NCBI GenBank assembly: GCA_965287045.1
Contig: OZ336899.1
Coordinates: 16,616,001-16,680,000 of the forward strand
Direction: 5' to 3'
Length of the DNA: 64,000 nt
Origin: Carcharhinus amblyrhynchos
Taxonomy: Eukaryota
A program made the translations under genes and the position numbers. The notes under the pieces were generated by a model. The model searched no databases. It was not told the origin of the DNA and saw only the letters and a list, made by a program, of their open reading frames with translations. Of the stretch, positions 28,201 to 43,200 are shown piece after piece (the stretch's first letter is position 1; each line of letters starts with the position of its first letter).

Positions 28201-31200
28201 AGAATCCTCATCAGAAACCCATTCAAAATCACATGGATCATCAATATCTGCTTCGACATTGGAAATCAGTCATACATCAATACCAGTGTCATCCATAACT
28301 GAGTCATCTTCACAATCCCATCCAACAATGGCACAATCATCATCAAAAATCGAGTTAGCTACAAGAACCAGTCCTGCAACATCACAGCTGTCATCCGTAG
28401 CTGAATCATCATCCGAAAACCACCCAACCATCACAGAAGTATCATTGGCAACTGAGCCTTCATCATCAACAAACACAGAAATGACACAGGTATCATCAGT
28501 AACTGGGCCCTCAGAAGAAAGCACTGCAACAGCAGCCCAAGAGACATCTATCACTCAGAAATCATCAGAATCCCATCCAGCAACAACATACACATCATTA
28601 GAAACTCAACCTTCATCAGAAAACCATCCAACAATGACACACCTGTCTTCAATCACTGAGACCGCATCAGAAACTAAAGCAGCAACTCAAGCATCCTCAA
28701 TATCTGTGCATTCATCAGAAATGTATCCTGCACCACGTCATGTTTCAGCAGTAACACTGTCTTCATCCGAGTCCCAGCCAACAACATTGCCACTTTCTTC
28801 AATAGCAGTGTCGTCAGCAGAAACCCATTTAACACCACAAGTATCAACAATTTCTACTTCAGAAACCACACCAGTAACATCAGAAGTGTCATCTGTAACT
28901 GAACATTCATCAGAACCCCAATCAACAATAACACAAGGAGTATCAATGACTGTGTCTTCTGCGGAAACTGAGACAGAAAACCGTTCAGTATCACATTTAA
29001 CCGAATATTCATCAGCGACACATCCAACAGTAACACAGTTACCATCCACAACTGGATCCTCAATACAGACTACTTTAACAACACCACTAGTGCCATCTAT
29101 CACTGAGAATTCAACAGAAAACCCTTCACCAACAACAAAAATAACTGCGAAATCCGAGGCCTCATCGCAAATGTATCCCACACCAACACAAATGTCAACA
29201 GCAACACTGTCTTCATCAGAGACTCACCCAACAACAATAGAAGCATCATCAGTCGCAGAATCCTCATCAGAAACCCATTCAACATCATATGAATCATCAA
29301 TATCTGCTTCGACATTGGAAATCAGTCATACATCAATACCAGTGTCATCCATAACTGAGTCGTCATCACGATCCCATCCAACAATGACACAAACATCTTC
29401 AAAAACTGGGTTTTCTACAGAAACCAGTCCTGCAACATCACATCTGTCATCTGTAGCTGAATCCTCATCCAAAATCCACACAACCGTCACAGAAGCATCA
29501 TTGGCGACCGAACCTTCATCATCAACACACACTGAAATGACACAGGTATCATCAGTGACCAGATCCTCAGAAGAAAACACTGCAACAGCAGCACAAGTGA
29601 CGTCGAGAACTGAGACATCATCTGAATCCCGTCCATCAACAACATACATATCATTAAAAACTGAGCCTTCATCAGAAACCAGTCCAACAATGACACACAT
29701 GTCATCAATCACTGAGACCACATCAGAAATTAAAACAGCAACTCAAATATCATCAATAAATTTGCCTTCATCAGAAATGTATCCTACACCAAGTCAGTCC
29801 CAGCCAACAACATTGCCACTTTCTTCAATAGCAGCAGAAACCCATTTAACACCGCAAGGCTCATCAATAACTATGTCTACTTCAGAATCCACACCAATAA
29901 CATCAAAAGTGTCATCTGGAACTGCACCTTCATCACAACCCCAATCAACAACACAAGGAGTATCAATGACTGAATCTTCTGCGGAAACCGAGACAGGAAA
30001 CAATCCAGTATCACAGATAACTGAATATTCATCAGCGGCACATCCAAGAATGACACAGTTAACATCCACAACTGGATCTTCAGTACAAACTACTTCAACA
30101 ACACCATTAGTGTCATCTGTCACTGAGAATTCAACAGAAACCCATTCAACAACATCAAAAATATCAGTGAGAACTGAGGCCTCATCGCAAATGTATCCCA
30201 CACCAACACAAGTGTCAGCAGCAACACTGTCTTCATCAGCGACTCACCCAACAACAATAGAAGCATCATCAGGAGCAGAATCCTCATCGGAAACCCATTC
30301 AAAATCACATGGATCATCAATATCTGCTTCGACATTGGAAATCAGTCATACATCAATACCAGTGTCATCCATAACTGAGTCATCTTCACAATCCCATCCA
30401 ACAATGGCACAATCATCATCAAAAATCGAGTTAGCTACAAGAACCAGTCCTGCAACATCACAGCTGTCATCCGTAGCTGAATCATCATCCGAAAACCACC
30501 CAACCATCACAGAAGTATCATTGGCAACTGAGCCTTCATCATCAACAAACACAGAAATGACACAGGTATCATCAGTAACTGGGCCCTCAGAAGAAAGCAC
30601 TGCAACAGTAGCCCAAGAGACATCTATCACTCAGAAATCATCAGAATCCCATCCAGCAACAACATACACATCATTAGAAACTCAACCTTCATCAGAAAAC
30701 CATCCAACAATGACACACCTGTCTTCAATCACTGAGACCGCATCAGAAACTAAAGCAGCAACTCAAGCATCCTCAATATCTGTGCATTCATCAGAAATGT
30801 ATCCTGCACCACGTCATGTTTCAGCAGTAACACTGTCTTCATCCGAGTCCCAGCCAACAACATTGCCACTTTCTTCAATAGCAGTGTCGTCAGCAGAAAC
30901 CCATTTAACACCACAAGTATCAACAATTTCTACTTCAGAAACCACACCAGTAACATCAGAAGTGTCATCTGTAACTGAACATTCATCAGAACCCCAATCA
31001 ACAATAACACAAGGAGTATCAATGACTGTGTCTTCTGCGGAAACTGAGACAGAAAACAGTTCAGTATCACATTTAACCGAATATTCATCAGCGACACATC
31101 CAACAGTAACACAGTTACCATCCACAACTGGATCCTCAATACAGACTACTTTAACAACACCACTAGTGCCATCTATCACTGAGAATTCAACAGAAAACCC

Positions 31201-34200
31201 TTCACCAACAACAAAAATAACTGCGAAATCTGAGGCCTCATCGCAAATGTATCCCACACCAACACAAATGTCAACAGCAACACTGTCTTCATCAGAGACT
31301 CACCCAACAACAATAGAAGCATCATCAGTAGCAGAATCCTCATCAGAAACCCATTCAACATCATATGAATCATCAATATCTGCTTCTACATTGGAAGTCA
31401 GTCATACATCAATACCAGTGTCATCCATAACTGAGTCGTCATCACGATCCCATCCAACAATGACACAAACATCTTCAAAAACTGGGTTTTCTACACAAAC
31501 CAGTCCTGCAACATCACATCTGTCATCTGTAGCTGAATCCTCATCCAAAATCCACACAACCGTCACAGAAGCATCATTGGTGACCGAACCTTCATCATCA
31601 ACACACACTGAAATGACACAGGTATCATCAGTGACCGGATCCTCAGAAGAAAACACTGCAACAGTAGCACAAGTGACGTCGAGAACTGAGACATCATCAG
31701 AATCCCGTCCATCAACAACATACACATCATTAAAAACTGAGCCTTCATCAGAAACCAGTCCAACAATGACACACATGTCATCAATCACTGAGACCACATC
31801 AGAAATTAAAACAGCAACTCAAATATCATCAATAAATTTGCCTTCATCAGAAATGTATCCTACACCAAGTCAGTCCCAGCCAACAACATTGCCACTTTCT
31901 TCAATAGCAGCAGAAACCCATTTAACACCACAAGGCTCATCAATAACTATGTCTACTTCAGAATCCACACCAATAACATCAAAAGTGTCATCTGGAACTG
32001 CACCTTCATCACAACCCCAATCAACAACACAAGGAGAATCAATGACTGAATCTTCTGCGGAAACCGAGACAGGAAACAATCCAGTATCACAGATAACTGA
32101 ATATTCATCAGCGGCACATCCAAGAATGACACAGTTAACATCCACAACTGGATCTTCAGTACAAACTACTTCAACAACACCATTAGTGTCATCTGTCACT
32201 GAGAATTCAACAGAAACCCATTCAACAACATCAAAAATATCAGTGAGAACTGAGGCCTCATCGCAAATGTATCCCACACCAACACAAGTGTCAGCAGCAA
32301 CACTGTCTTCATCAGCGACTCACCCTACAACAATAGAAGCATCATCAGGAGCAGAATCCTCATCGGAAACCCATTCAAAATCACATGGATCATCAATATC
32401 TGCTTCGACATTGGAAATCAGTCATACATCAATACCAGTGTCATCCATAACTGAGTCATCTTCACAATCCCATCCAACAATGGCACAATCATCATCAAAA
32501 ATCGAGTCAGCTACAAGAACCAGTCCTGCAACATCACAGCTGTCATCCGTAGCTGAATCATCATCCGAAAACCACCCAACCATCACAGAAGTATCATTGG
32601 CAACTGAGCCTTCATCATCAACAAACACAGAAATGACACAGGTATCATCAGTAACTGGGCCCTCAGAAGAAAGCACTGCAACAGCAGCCCAAGAGACATC
32701 TATCACTCAGAAATCATCAGAATCCCATCCAGCAACAACATACACATCATTAGAAACTCAACCTTCATCAGAAAACCATCCAACAATGACACACCTGTCT
32801 TCAATCACTGAGACCGCATCAGAAACTAAAGCAGCAACTCAAGCATCCTCAATATCTGTGCATTCATCAGAAATGTATCCTGCACCACGTCATGTTTCAG
32901 CAGTAACACTGTCTTCATCCGAGTCCCAGCCAACAACATTGCCACTTTCTTCAATAGCAGTGTCGTCAGCAGAAACCCATTTAACACCACAAGTATCAAC
33001 AATTTCTACTTCAGAAACCACACCAGTAACATCAGAAGTGTCATCTGTAACTGAACATTCATCAGAACCCCAATCAACAATAACACAAGGAGTATCAATG
33101 ACTGTGTCTTCTGCGGAAACTGAGACAGAAAACCGTTCAGTATCACATTTAACCGAATATTCATCAGCGACACATCCAACAGTAACACAGTTACCATCCA
33201 CAACTGGATCCTCAATACAGACTACTTTAACAACACCACTAGTGCCATCTATCACTGAGAATTCAACAGAAAACCCTTCACCAACAACAAAAATAACTGC
33301 GAAATCCGAGGCCTCATCGCAAATGTATCCCACACCAACACAAATGTCAACAGCAACACTGTCTTCATCAGAGACTCACCCAACAACAATAGAAGCATCA
33401 TCAGTAGCAGAATCCTCACCAGAAACCCATTCAACATCATATGAATCATCAATATCTGCTTCTACATTGGAAATCAGTCATACATCAATACCAGTGTCAT
33501 CCATAACTGAGTCGTCATCACGATCCCATCCAACAATGACACAAACATCTTCAAAAACTGGGTTTTCTACACAAACCAGTCCTGCAACATCACATCTGTC
33601 ATCTGTAGCTGAATCCTCATCCAAAATCCACACAACCGTCACAGAAGCATCATTGGTGACCGAACCTTCATCATCAACACACACTGAAATGACACAGGTA
33701 TCATCAGTGACCGGATCCTCAGAAGAAAACACTGCAACAGCAGCACAAGTGACGTCGAGAACTGAGACATCATCAGAATCCCGTCCATCAACAACATACA
33801 CATCATTAAAAACTGAGCCTTCATCAGAAACCAGTCCAACAATGACACACATGTCATCAATCACTGAGACCACATCAGAAATTAAAACAGCAACTCAAAT
33901 ATCATCAATAAATTTGCCTTCATCAGAAATGTATCCTACACCAAGTCAGTCCCAGCCAACAACATTGCCACTTTCTTCAATAGCAGCAGAAACCCATTTA
34001 ACACCACAAGGCTCATCAATAACTATGTCTACTTCAGAATCCACACCAATAACATCAAAAGTGTCATCTGGAACTGCACCTTCATCACAACCCCAATCAA
34101 CAACACAAGGAGAATCAATGACTGAATCTTCTGCGGAAACCGAGACAGGAAACAATCCAGTATCACAGATAACTGAATATTCATCAGCGGCACATCCAAG

Positions 34201-37200
34201 AATGACACAGTTAACATCCACAACTGGATCTTCAGTACAAACTACTTCAACAACAGCATTAGTGTCATCTGTCACTGAGAATTCAACAGAAACCCATTCA
34301 ACAACATCAAAAATATCAGTGAGAACTGAGGCCTCATCGCAAATGTATCCCACACCAACACAAGTGTCAGCAGCAACACTGCCTTCATCAGCGACTCACC
34401 CTACAACAATAGAAGCATCATCAGGAGCAGAATCCTCATCGGAAACCCATTCAAAATCACATGGATCATCAATATCTGCTTCGACATTGGAAATCAGTCA
34501 TACATCAATACCAGTGTCATCCATAACTGAGTCATCTTCACAATCCCATCCAACAATGGCACAATCATCATCAAAAATCGAGTCAGCTACAAGAACCAGT
34601 CCTGCAACATCACAGCTGTCATCCGTAGCTGAATCATCATCCGAAAACCACCCAACCATCACAGAAGTATCATTGGCAACTGAGCCTTCATCATCAACAA
34701 ACACAGAAATGACACAGGTATCATCAGTAACTGGGCCCTCAGAAGAAAGCACTGCAACAGCAGCCCAAGAGACATCTATCACTCAGAAATCATCAGAATC
34801 CCATCCAGCAACAACATACACATCATTAGAAACTCAACCTTCATCAGAAAACCATCCAACAATGACACACCTGTCTTCAATCACTGAGACCGCATCAGAA
34901 ACTAAAGCAGCAACTCAAGCATCCTCAATATCTGTGCATTCATCAGAAATGTATCCTGCACCACGTCATGTTTCAGCAGTAACACTGTCTTCATCCGAGT
35001 CCCAGCCAACAACATTGCCACTTTCTTCAATAGCAGTGTCGTCAGCAGAAACCCATTTAACACCACAAGTATCAACAATTTCTACTTCAGAAACCACACC
35101 AGTAACATCAGAAGTGTCATCTGTAACTGAACATTCATCAGAACCCCAATCAACAATAACACAAGGAGTATCAATGACTGTGTCTTCTGCGGAAACTGAG
35201 ACAGAAAACAGTTCAGTATCACATTTAACCGAATATTCATCAGCGACACATCCAACAGTAACACAGTTACCATCCACAACTGGATCCTCAATACAGACTA
35301 CTTTAACAACACCACTAGTGCCATCTATCACTGAGAATTCAACAGAAAACCCTTCACCAACAACAAAAATAACTGCGAAATCCGAGGCCTCATCGCAAAT
35401 GTATCCCACACCAACACAAATGTCAACAGCAACACTGTCTTCATCAGAGACTCACCCAACAACAATAGAAGCATCATCAGTAGCAGAATCCTCACCAGAA
35501 ACCCATTCAACATCATATGAATCATCAATATCTGCTTCTACATTGGAAATCAGTCATACATCAATACCAGTGTCATCCATAACTGAGTCGTCATCACGAT
35601 CCCATCCAACAATGACACAAACATCTTCAAAAACTGGGTTTTCTACAGAAACCAGTCCGGCAACATCACTTCTGTCATCTGTAGCTGAATCCTCATCCAA
35701 AATCCACACAACCGTCACAGAAGCATCATTGGTGACCGAACCTTCATCATCAACACACACTGAAATGACACAGGTATCATCAGTGACCGGATCCTCAGAA
35801 GAAAACACTGCAACAGCAGCACAAGTGACGTCGAGAACTGAGACATCATCAGAATCCCGTCCATCAACAACATACACATCATTAAAAACTGAGCCTTCAT
35901 CAGAAACCAGTCCAACAATGACACACATGTCATCAATCACTGAGACCACATCAGAAATTAAAACAGCAACTCAAATATCATCAATAAATCTGCCTTCATC
36001 AGAAATGTATCCTACACCAAGTCAGTCCCAGCCAACAACATTGCCACTTTCTTCAATAGCAGCAGAAACCCATTTAACACCACAAGGCTCATCAATAACT
36101 ATGTCTACTTCAGAATCCACACCAATAACATCAAAAGTGTCATCTGGAACTGCACCTTCATCACAACCCCAATCAACAACACAAGGAGTATCAATGACTG
36201 AATCTTCTGCGGAAACCGAGACAGGAAACAATCCAGTATCACAGATAACTGAATATTCATCAGCGGCACATCCAAGAATGACACAGTTAACATCCACAAC
36301 TGGATCTTCAGTACAAACTACTTCAACAACACCATTAGTGTCATCTGTCACTGAGAATTCAACAGAAACCCATTCAACAACATCAAAAATATCAGTGAGA
36401 ACTGAGGCCTCATCGCAAATGTATCCCACACCAACACAAGTGTCAGCAGCAACACTGTCTTCATCAGCGACTCACCCAACAACAATAGAAGCGTCATCAG
36501 GAGCAGAATCCTCATCGGAAACCCATTCAAAATCACATGGATCATCAATATCTGCTTCGACATTGGAAATCAGTCATACATCAATACCAGTGTCATCCAT
36601 AACTGAGTCATCTTCACAATCCCATCCAACAATGGCACAATCATCATCAAAAATCGAGTCAGCTACAAGAACCAGTCCTGCAACATCACAGCTGTCATCC
36701 GTAGCTGAATCATCATCCGAAAACCACCCAACCATCACAGAAGTATCATTGGCAACTGAGCCTTCATCATCAACAAACACAGAAATGACAAAGGTATCAT
36801 CAGTAACTGGGCCCTCAGAAGAAAGCACTGCAACAGCAGCCCAAGAGACATCTATCACTCAGAAATCATCAGAATCCCATCCAGCAACAACATACACATC
36901 ATTAGAAACTCAACCTTCATCAGAAAACCATCCAACAATGACACACCTGTCTTCAATCACTGAGACCGCATCAGAAACTAAAGCAGCAACTCAAGCATCC
37001 TCAATATCTGTGCATTCATCAGAAATGTATCCTGCACCACGTCATGTTTCAGCAGTAACACTGTCTTCATCCGAGTCCCAGCCAACAACATTGCCACTTT
37101 CTTCAATAGCAGTGTCGTCAGCAGAAACCCATTTAACACCACAAGTATCAACAATTTCTACTTCAGAAACCACACCAGTAACATCAGAAGTGTCATCTGT

Positions 37201-40200
37201 AACTGAACATTCATCAGAACCCCAATCAACAATAACACAAGGAGTATCAATGACTGTGTCTTCTGCGGAAACTGAGACAGAAAACCGTTCAGTATCACAT
37301 TTAACCGAATATTCATCAGCGACACATCCAACAGTAACACAGTTACCATCCACAACTGGATCCTCAATACAGACTACTTTAACAACACCACTAGTGCCAT
37401 CTATCACTGAGAATTCAACAGAAAACCCTTCACCAACAACAAAAATAACTGCGAAATCCGAGGCCTCATCGCAAATGTATCCCACACCAACACAAATGTC
37501 AACAGCAACACTGTCTTCATCAGAGACTCACCCAACAACAATAGAAGCATCATCAGTAGCAGAATCCTCACCAGAAACCCATTCAACATCATATGAATCA
37601 TCAATATCTGCTTCGACATTGGAAATCAGTCATACATCAATACCAGTGTCATCCATAACTGAGTCGTCATCACGATCCCATCCAACAATGACACAAACAT
37701 CTTCAAAAACTGGGTTTTCTACACAAACCAGTCCTGCAACATCACATCTGTCATCTGTAGCTGAATCCTCATCCAAAATCCACACAACCGTCACAGAAGC
37801 ATCATTGGTGACCGAACCTTCATCATCAACACACACTGAAATGACACAGGTATCATCAGTGACCGGATCCTCAGAAGAAAACACTGCAACAGCAGCACAA
37901 GTGACGTCGAGAACTGAGACATCATCAGAATCCCGTCCATCAACAACATACACATCATTAAAAACTGAGCCTTCATCAGAAACCAGTCCAACAATGACAC
38001 ACATGTCATCAATCACTGAGACCACATCAGAAATTAAAACAGCAACTCAAATATCATCAATAAATTTGCCTTCATCAGAAATGTATCCTACACCAAGTCA
38101 GTCCCAGCCAACAACATTGCCACTTTCTTCAATAGCAGCAGAAACCCATTTAACACCACAAGGCTCATCAATAACTATGTCTACTTCAGAATCCACACCA
38201 ATAACATCAAAAGTGTCATCTGGAACTGCACCTTCATCACAACCCCAATCAACAACACAAGGAGTATCAATGACTGAATCTTCTGCGGAAACCGAGACAG
38301 GAAACAATCCAGTATCACAGATAACTGAATATTCATCAGCGGCACATCCAAGAATGACACAGTTAACATCCACAACTGGATCTTCAGTACAAACTACTTC
38401 AACAACACCATTAGTGTCATCTGTCACTGAGAATTCAACAGAAACCCATTCAACAACATCAAAAATATCAGTGAGAACTGAGGCCTCATCGCAAATGTAT
38501 CCCACACCAACACAAGTGTCAGCAGCAACACTGTCTTCATCAGCGACTCACCCAACAACAATAGAAGCATCATCAGGAGCAGAATCCTCATCGGAAACCC
38601 ATTCAAAATCACATGGATCATCAATATCTGCTTCGACATTGGAAATCAGTCATACATCAATACCAGTGTCATCCATAACTGAGTCATCTTCACAATCCCA
38701 TCCAACAATGGCACAATCATCATCAAAAATCGAGTCAGCTACAAGAACCAGTCCTGCAACATCACAGCTGTCATCCGTAGCTGAATCATCATCCGAAAAC
38801 CACCCAACCATCACAGAAGTATCATTGGCAACTGAGCCTTCATCATCAACAAACACAGAAATGACACAGGTATCATCAGTAACTGGGCCCTCAGAAGAAA
38901 ACACTGCAACAGCAGCCCAAGAGACATCTATCACTCAGAAATCATCAGAATCCCATCCAGCAACAACATACACATCATTAGAAACTCAACCTTCATCAGA
39001 AAACCATCCAACAATGACACACCTGTCTTCAATCACTGAGACCGCATCAGAAATTAAAACAGCAACTCAAATATCATCAATAACTTTGCCTTCATCAGAA
39101 ATGTATCCTAAACCAAGTCAGTCCCAGCCAACAACATTGCCACTTTCTTCAATAGCAGCAGAAACCCATTTAACACCGCAAGGCTCATCAATAACTATGT
39201 CTACTTCAGAATCCACACCAATAACATCCAAAGTGTCATCTGGAACTGTACCTTCGTCACAACCCCAATCAACAACACAAGGAGTATCAATGACTGAATC
39301 TTCTGCGGAAACCGAGACAGGAAACAATCCAGTATCACAGATAACTGAATATTCATCAGCGGCACATCCAAGAATGACACAGTTAACATCCACAACTGGA
39401 TCTTCAGTACAAACTACTTCAACAACACCATTAGTGTCATCTGTCACTGAGAATTCAACAGAAACCCATTCAACAACATCAAAAATATCAGTGAGAACTG
39501 AGGCCTCATCGCAAATGTATCCCACACCAACACAAGTGTCAGCAGCAACACTGTCTTCATCAGCGACTCACCCTACAACAATAGAAGCGTCATCAGGAGC
39601 AGAATCCTCATCGGAAACCCATTCAAAATCACATGGATCATCAATATCTGCTTCGACATTGGAAATCAGTCATACATCAATACCAGTGTCATCCATAACT
39701 GAGTCATCTTCACAATCCCATCCAACAATGGCACAATCATCATCAAAAATCGAGTCAGCTACAAGAACCAGTCCTGCAACATCACAGCTGTCATCCGTAG
39801 CTGAATCATCATCCGAAAACCACCCAACCATCACAGAAGTATCATTGGCAACTGAGCCTTCATCATCAACAAACACAGAAATGACACAGGTATCATCAGT
39901 AACTGGGCCCTCAGAAGAAAGCACTGCAACAGCAGCCCAAGAGACATCTATCACTCAGAAATCATCAGAATCCCATCCAGCAACAACATACACATCATTA
40001 GAAACTCAACCTTCATCAGAAAACCATCCAACAATGACACACCTGTCTTCAATCACTGAGACCGCATCAGAAACTAAAGCAGCAACTCAAGCATCCTCAA
40101 TATCTGTGCATTCATCAGAAATGTATCCTGCACCACGTCATGTTTCAGCAGTAACACTGTCTTCATCCGAGTCCCAGCCAACAACATTGCCACTTTCTTC

Positions 40201-43200
40201 AATAGCAGTGTCGTCAGCAGAAACCCATTTAACACCACAAGTATCAACAATTTCTACTTCAGAAACCACACCAGTAACATCAGAAGTGTCATCTGTAACT
40301 GAACATTCATCAGAACCCCAATCAACAATAACACAAGGAGTATCAATGACTGTGTCTTCTGCGGAAACTGAGACAGAAAACCGTTCAGTATCACATTTAA
40401 CCGAATATTCATCAGCGACACATCCAACAGTAACACAGTTACCATCCACAACTGGATCCTCAATACAGACTACTTTAACAACACCACTAGTGCCATCTAT
40501 CACTGAGAATTCAACAGAAAACCCTTCACCAACAACAAAAATAACTGCGAAATCCGAGGCCTCATCGCAAATGTATCCCACACCAACACAAATGTCAACA
40601 GCAACACTGTCTTCATCAGAGACTCACCCAACAACAATAGAAGCATCATCAGTAGCAGAATCCTCACCAGAAACCCATTCAACATCATATGAATCATCAA
40701 TATCTGCTTCGACATTGGAAATCAGTCATACATCAATACCAGTGTCATCCATAACTGAGTCGTCATCACGATCCCATCCAACAATGACACAAACATCTTC
40801 AAAAACTGGGTTTTCTACACAAACCAGTCCTGCAACATCACATCTGTCATCTGTAGCTGAATCCTCATCCAAAATCCACACAACCGTCACAGAAGCATCA
40901 TTGGTGACCGAACCTTCATCATCAACACACACTGAAATGACACAGGTATCATCAGTGACCGGATCCTCAGAAGAAAACACTGCAACAGCAGCACAAGTGA
41001 CGTCGAGAACTGAGACATCATCAGAATCCCGTCCATCAACAACATACACATCATTAAAAACTGAGCCTTCATCAGAAACCAGTCCAACAATGACACACAT
41101 GTCATCAATCACTGAGACCACATCAGAAATTAAAACAGCAACTCAAATATCATCAATAAATTTGCCTTCATCAGAAATGTATCCTACACCAAGTCAGTCC
41201 CAGCCAACAACATTGCCACTTTCTTCAATAGCAGCAGAAACCCATTTAACACCACAAGGCTCATCAATAACTATGTCTACTTCAGAATCCACACCAATAA
41301 CATCAAAAGTGTCATCTGGAACTGCACCTTCATCACAACCCCAATCAACAACACAAGGAGTATCAATGACTGAATCTTCTGCGGAAACCGAGACAGGAAA
41401 CAATCCAGTATCACAGATAACTGAATATTCATCAGCGGCACATCCAAGAATGACACAGTTAACATCCACAACTGGATCTTCAGTACAAACTACTTCAACA
41501 ACACCATTAGTGTCATCTGTCACTGAGAATTCAACAGAAACCCATTCAACAACATCAAAAATATCAGTGAGAACTGAGGCCTCATCGCAAATGTATCCCA
41601 CACCAACACAAGTGTCAGCAGCAACACTGTCTTCATCAGCGACTCACCCAACAACAATAGAAGCATCATCAGGAGCAGAATCCTCATCGGAAACCCATTC
41701 AAAATCACATGGATCATCAATATCTGCTTCGACATTGGAAATCAGTCATACATCAATACCAGTGTCATCCATAACTGAGTCATCTTCACAATCCCATCCA
41801 ACAATGGCACAATCATCATCAAAAATCGAGTCAGCTACAAGAACCAGTCCTGCAACATCACAGCTGTCATCCGTAGCTGAATCATCATCCGAAAACCACC
41901 CAACCATCACAGAAGTATCATTGGCAACTGAGCCTTCATCATCAACAAACACAGAAATGACACAGGTATCATCAGTAACTGGGCCCTCAGAAGAAAACAC
42001 TGCAACAGCAGCCCAAGAGACATCTATCACTCAGAAATCATCAGAATCCCATCCAGCAACAACATACACATCATTAGAAACTCAACCTTCATCAGAAAAC
42101 CATCCAACAATGACACACCTGTCTTCAATCACTGAGACCGCATCAGAAATTAAAACAGCAACTCAAATATCATCAATAACTTTGCCTTCATCAGAAATGT
42201 ATCCTAAACCAAGTCAGTCCCAGCCAACAACATTGCCACTTTCTTCAATAGCAGCAGAAACCCATTTAACACCACAAGGCTCATCAATAACTATGTCTAC
42301 TTCAGAATCCACACCAATAACATCAAAAGTGTCATCTGGAACTGTACCTTCGTCACAACCCCAATCAACAACACAAGGAGTATCAATGACTGAATCTTCT
42401 GCGGAAACCGAGACAGGAAACAATCCAGTATCACAGATAACTGAATATTCATCAGCGGCACATCCAAGAATGACACAGTTAACATCCACAACTGGATCTT
42501 CAGTACAAACTACTTCAACAACACCATTAGTGTCATCTGTCACTGAGAATTCAACAGAAACCCATTCAACAACATCAAAAATATCAGTGAGAACTGAGGC
42601 CTCATCGCAAATGTATCCCACACCAACACAAGTGTCAGCAGCAACACTGTCTTCATCAGCGACTCACCCTACAACAATAGAAGCGTCATCAGGAGCAGAA
42701 TCCTCATCGGAAACCCATTCAAAATCACATGGATCATCAATATCTGCTTCGACATTGGAAATCAGTCATACATCAATACCAGTGTCATCCATAACTGAGT
42801 CATCTTCACAATCCCATCCAACAATGGCACAATCATCATCAAAAATCGAGTCAGCTACAAGAACCAGTCCTGCAACATCACAGCTGTCATCCGTAGCTGA
42901 ATCATCATCCGAAAACCACCCAACCATCACAGAAGTATCATTGGTAACTGAGCCTTCATCATCAACACATTCAGAAATGTCACAGGTATCATCCATGACC
43001 GTATTCTCAGAGGAAAGCACTGCATCATCAGCACAAGTGACGTCTATAATTGAGAATTCGTCAAAATCCCATCCATCAACAGTATACTCATCATTAGAAA
43101 CTGAGCCTTCATCAGAAACCAGTCCAACAATGACACATATGTCATCAATCACCGAGACCGCATCAGAAACTAAAGCAGCGACACAAGTATCCTCAATAAG

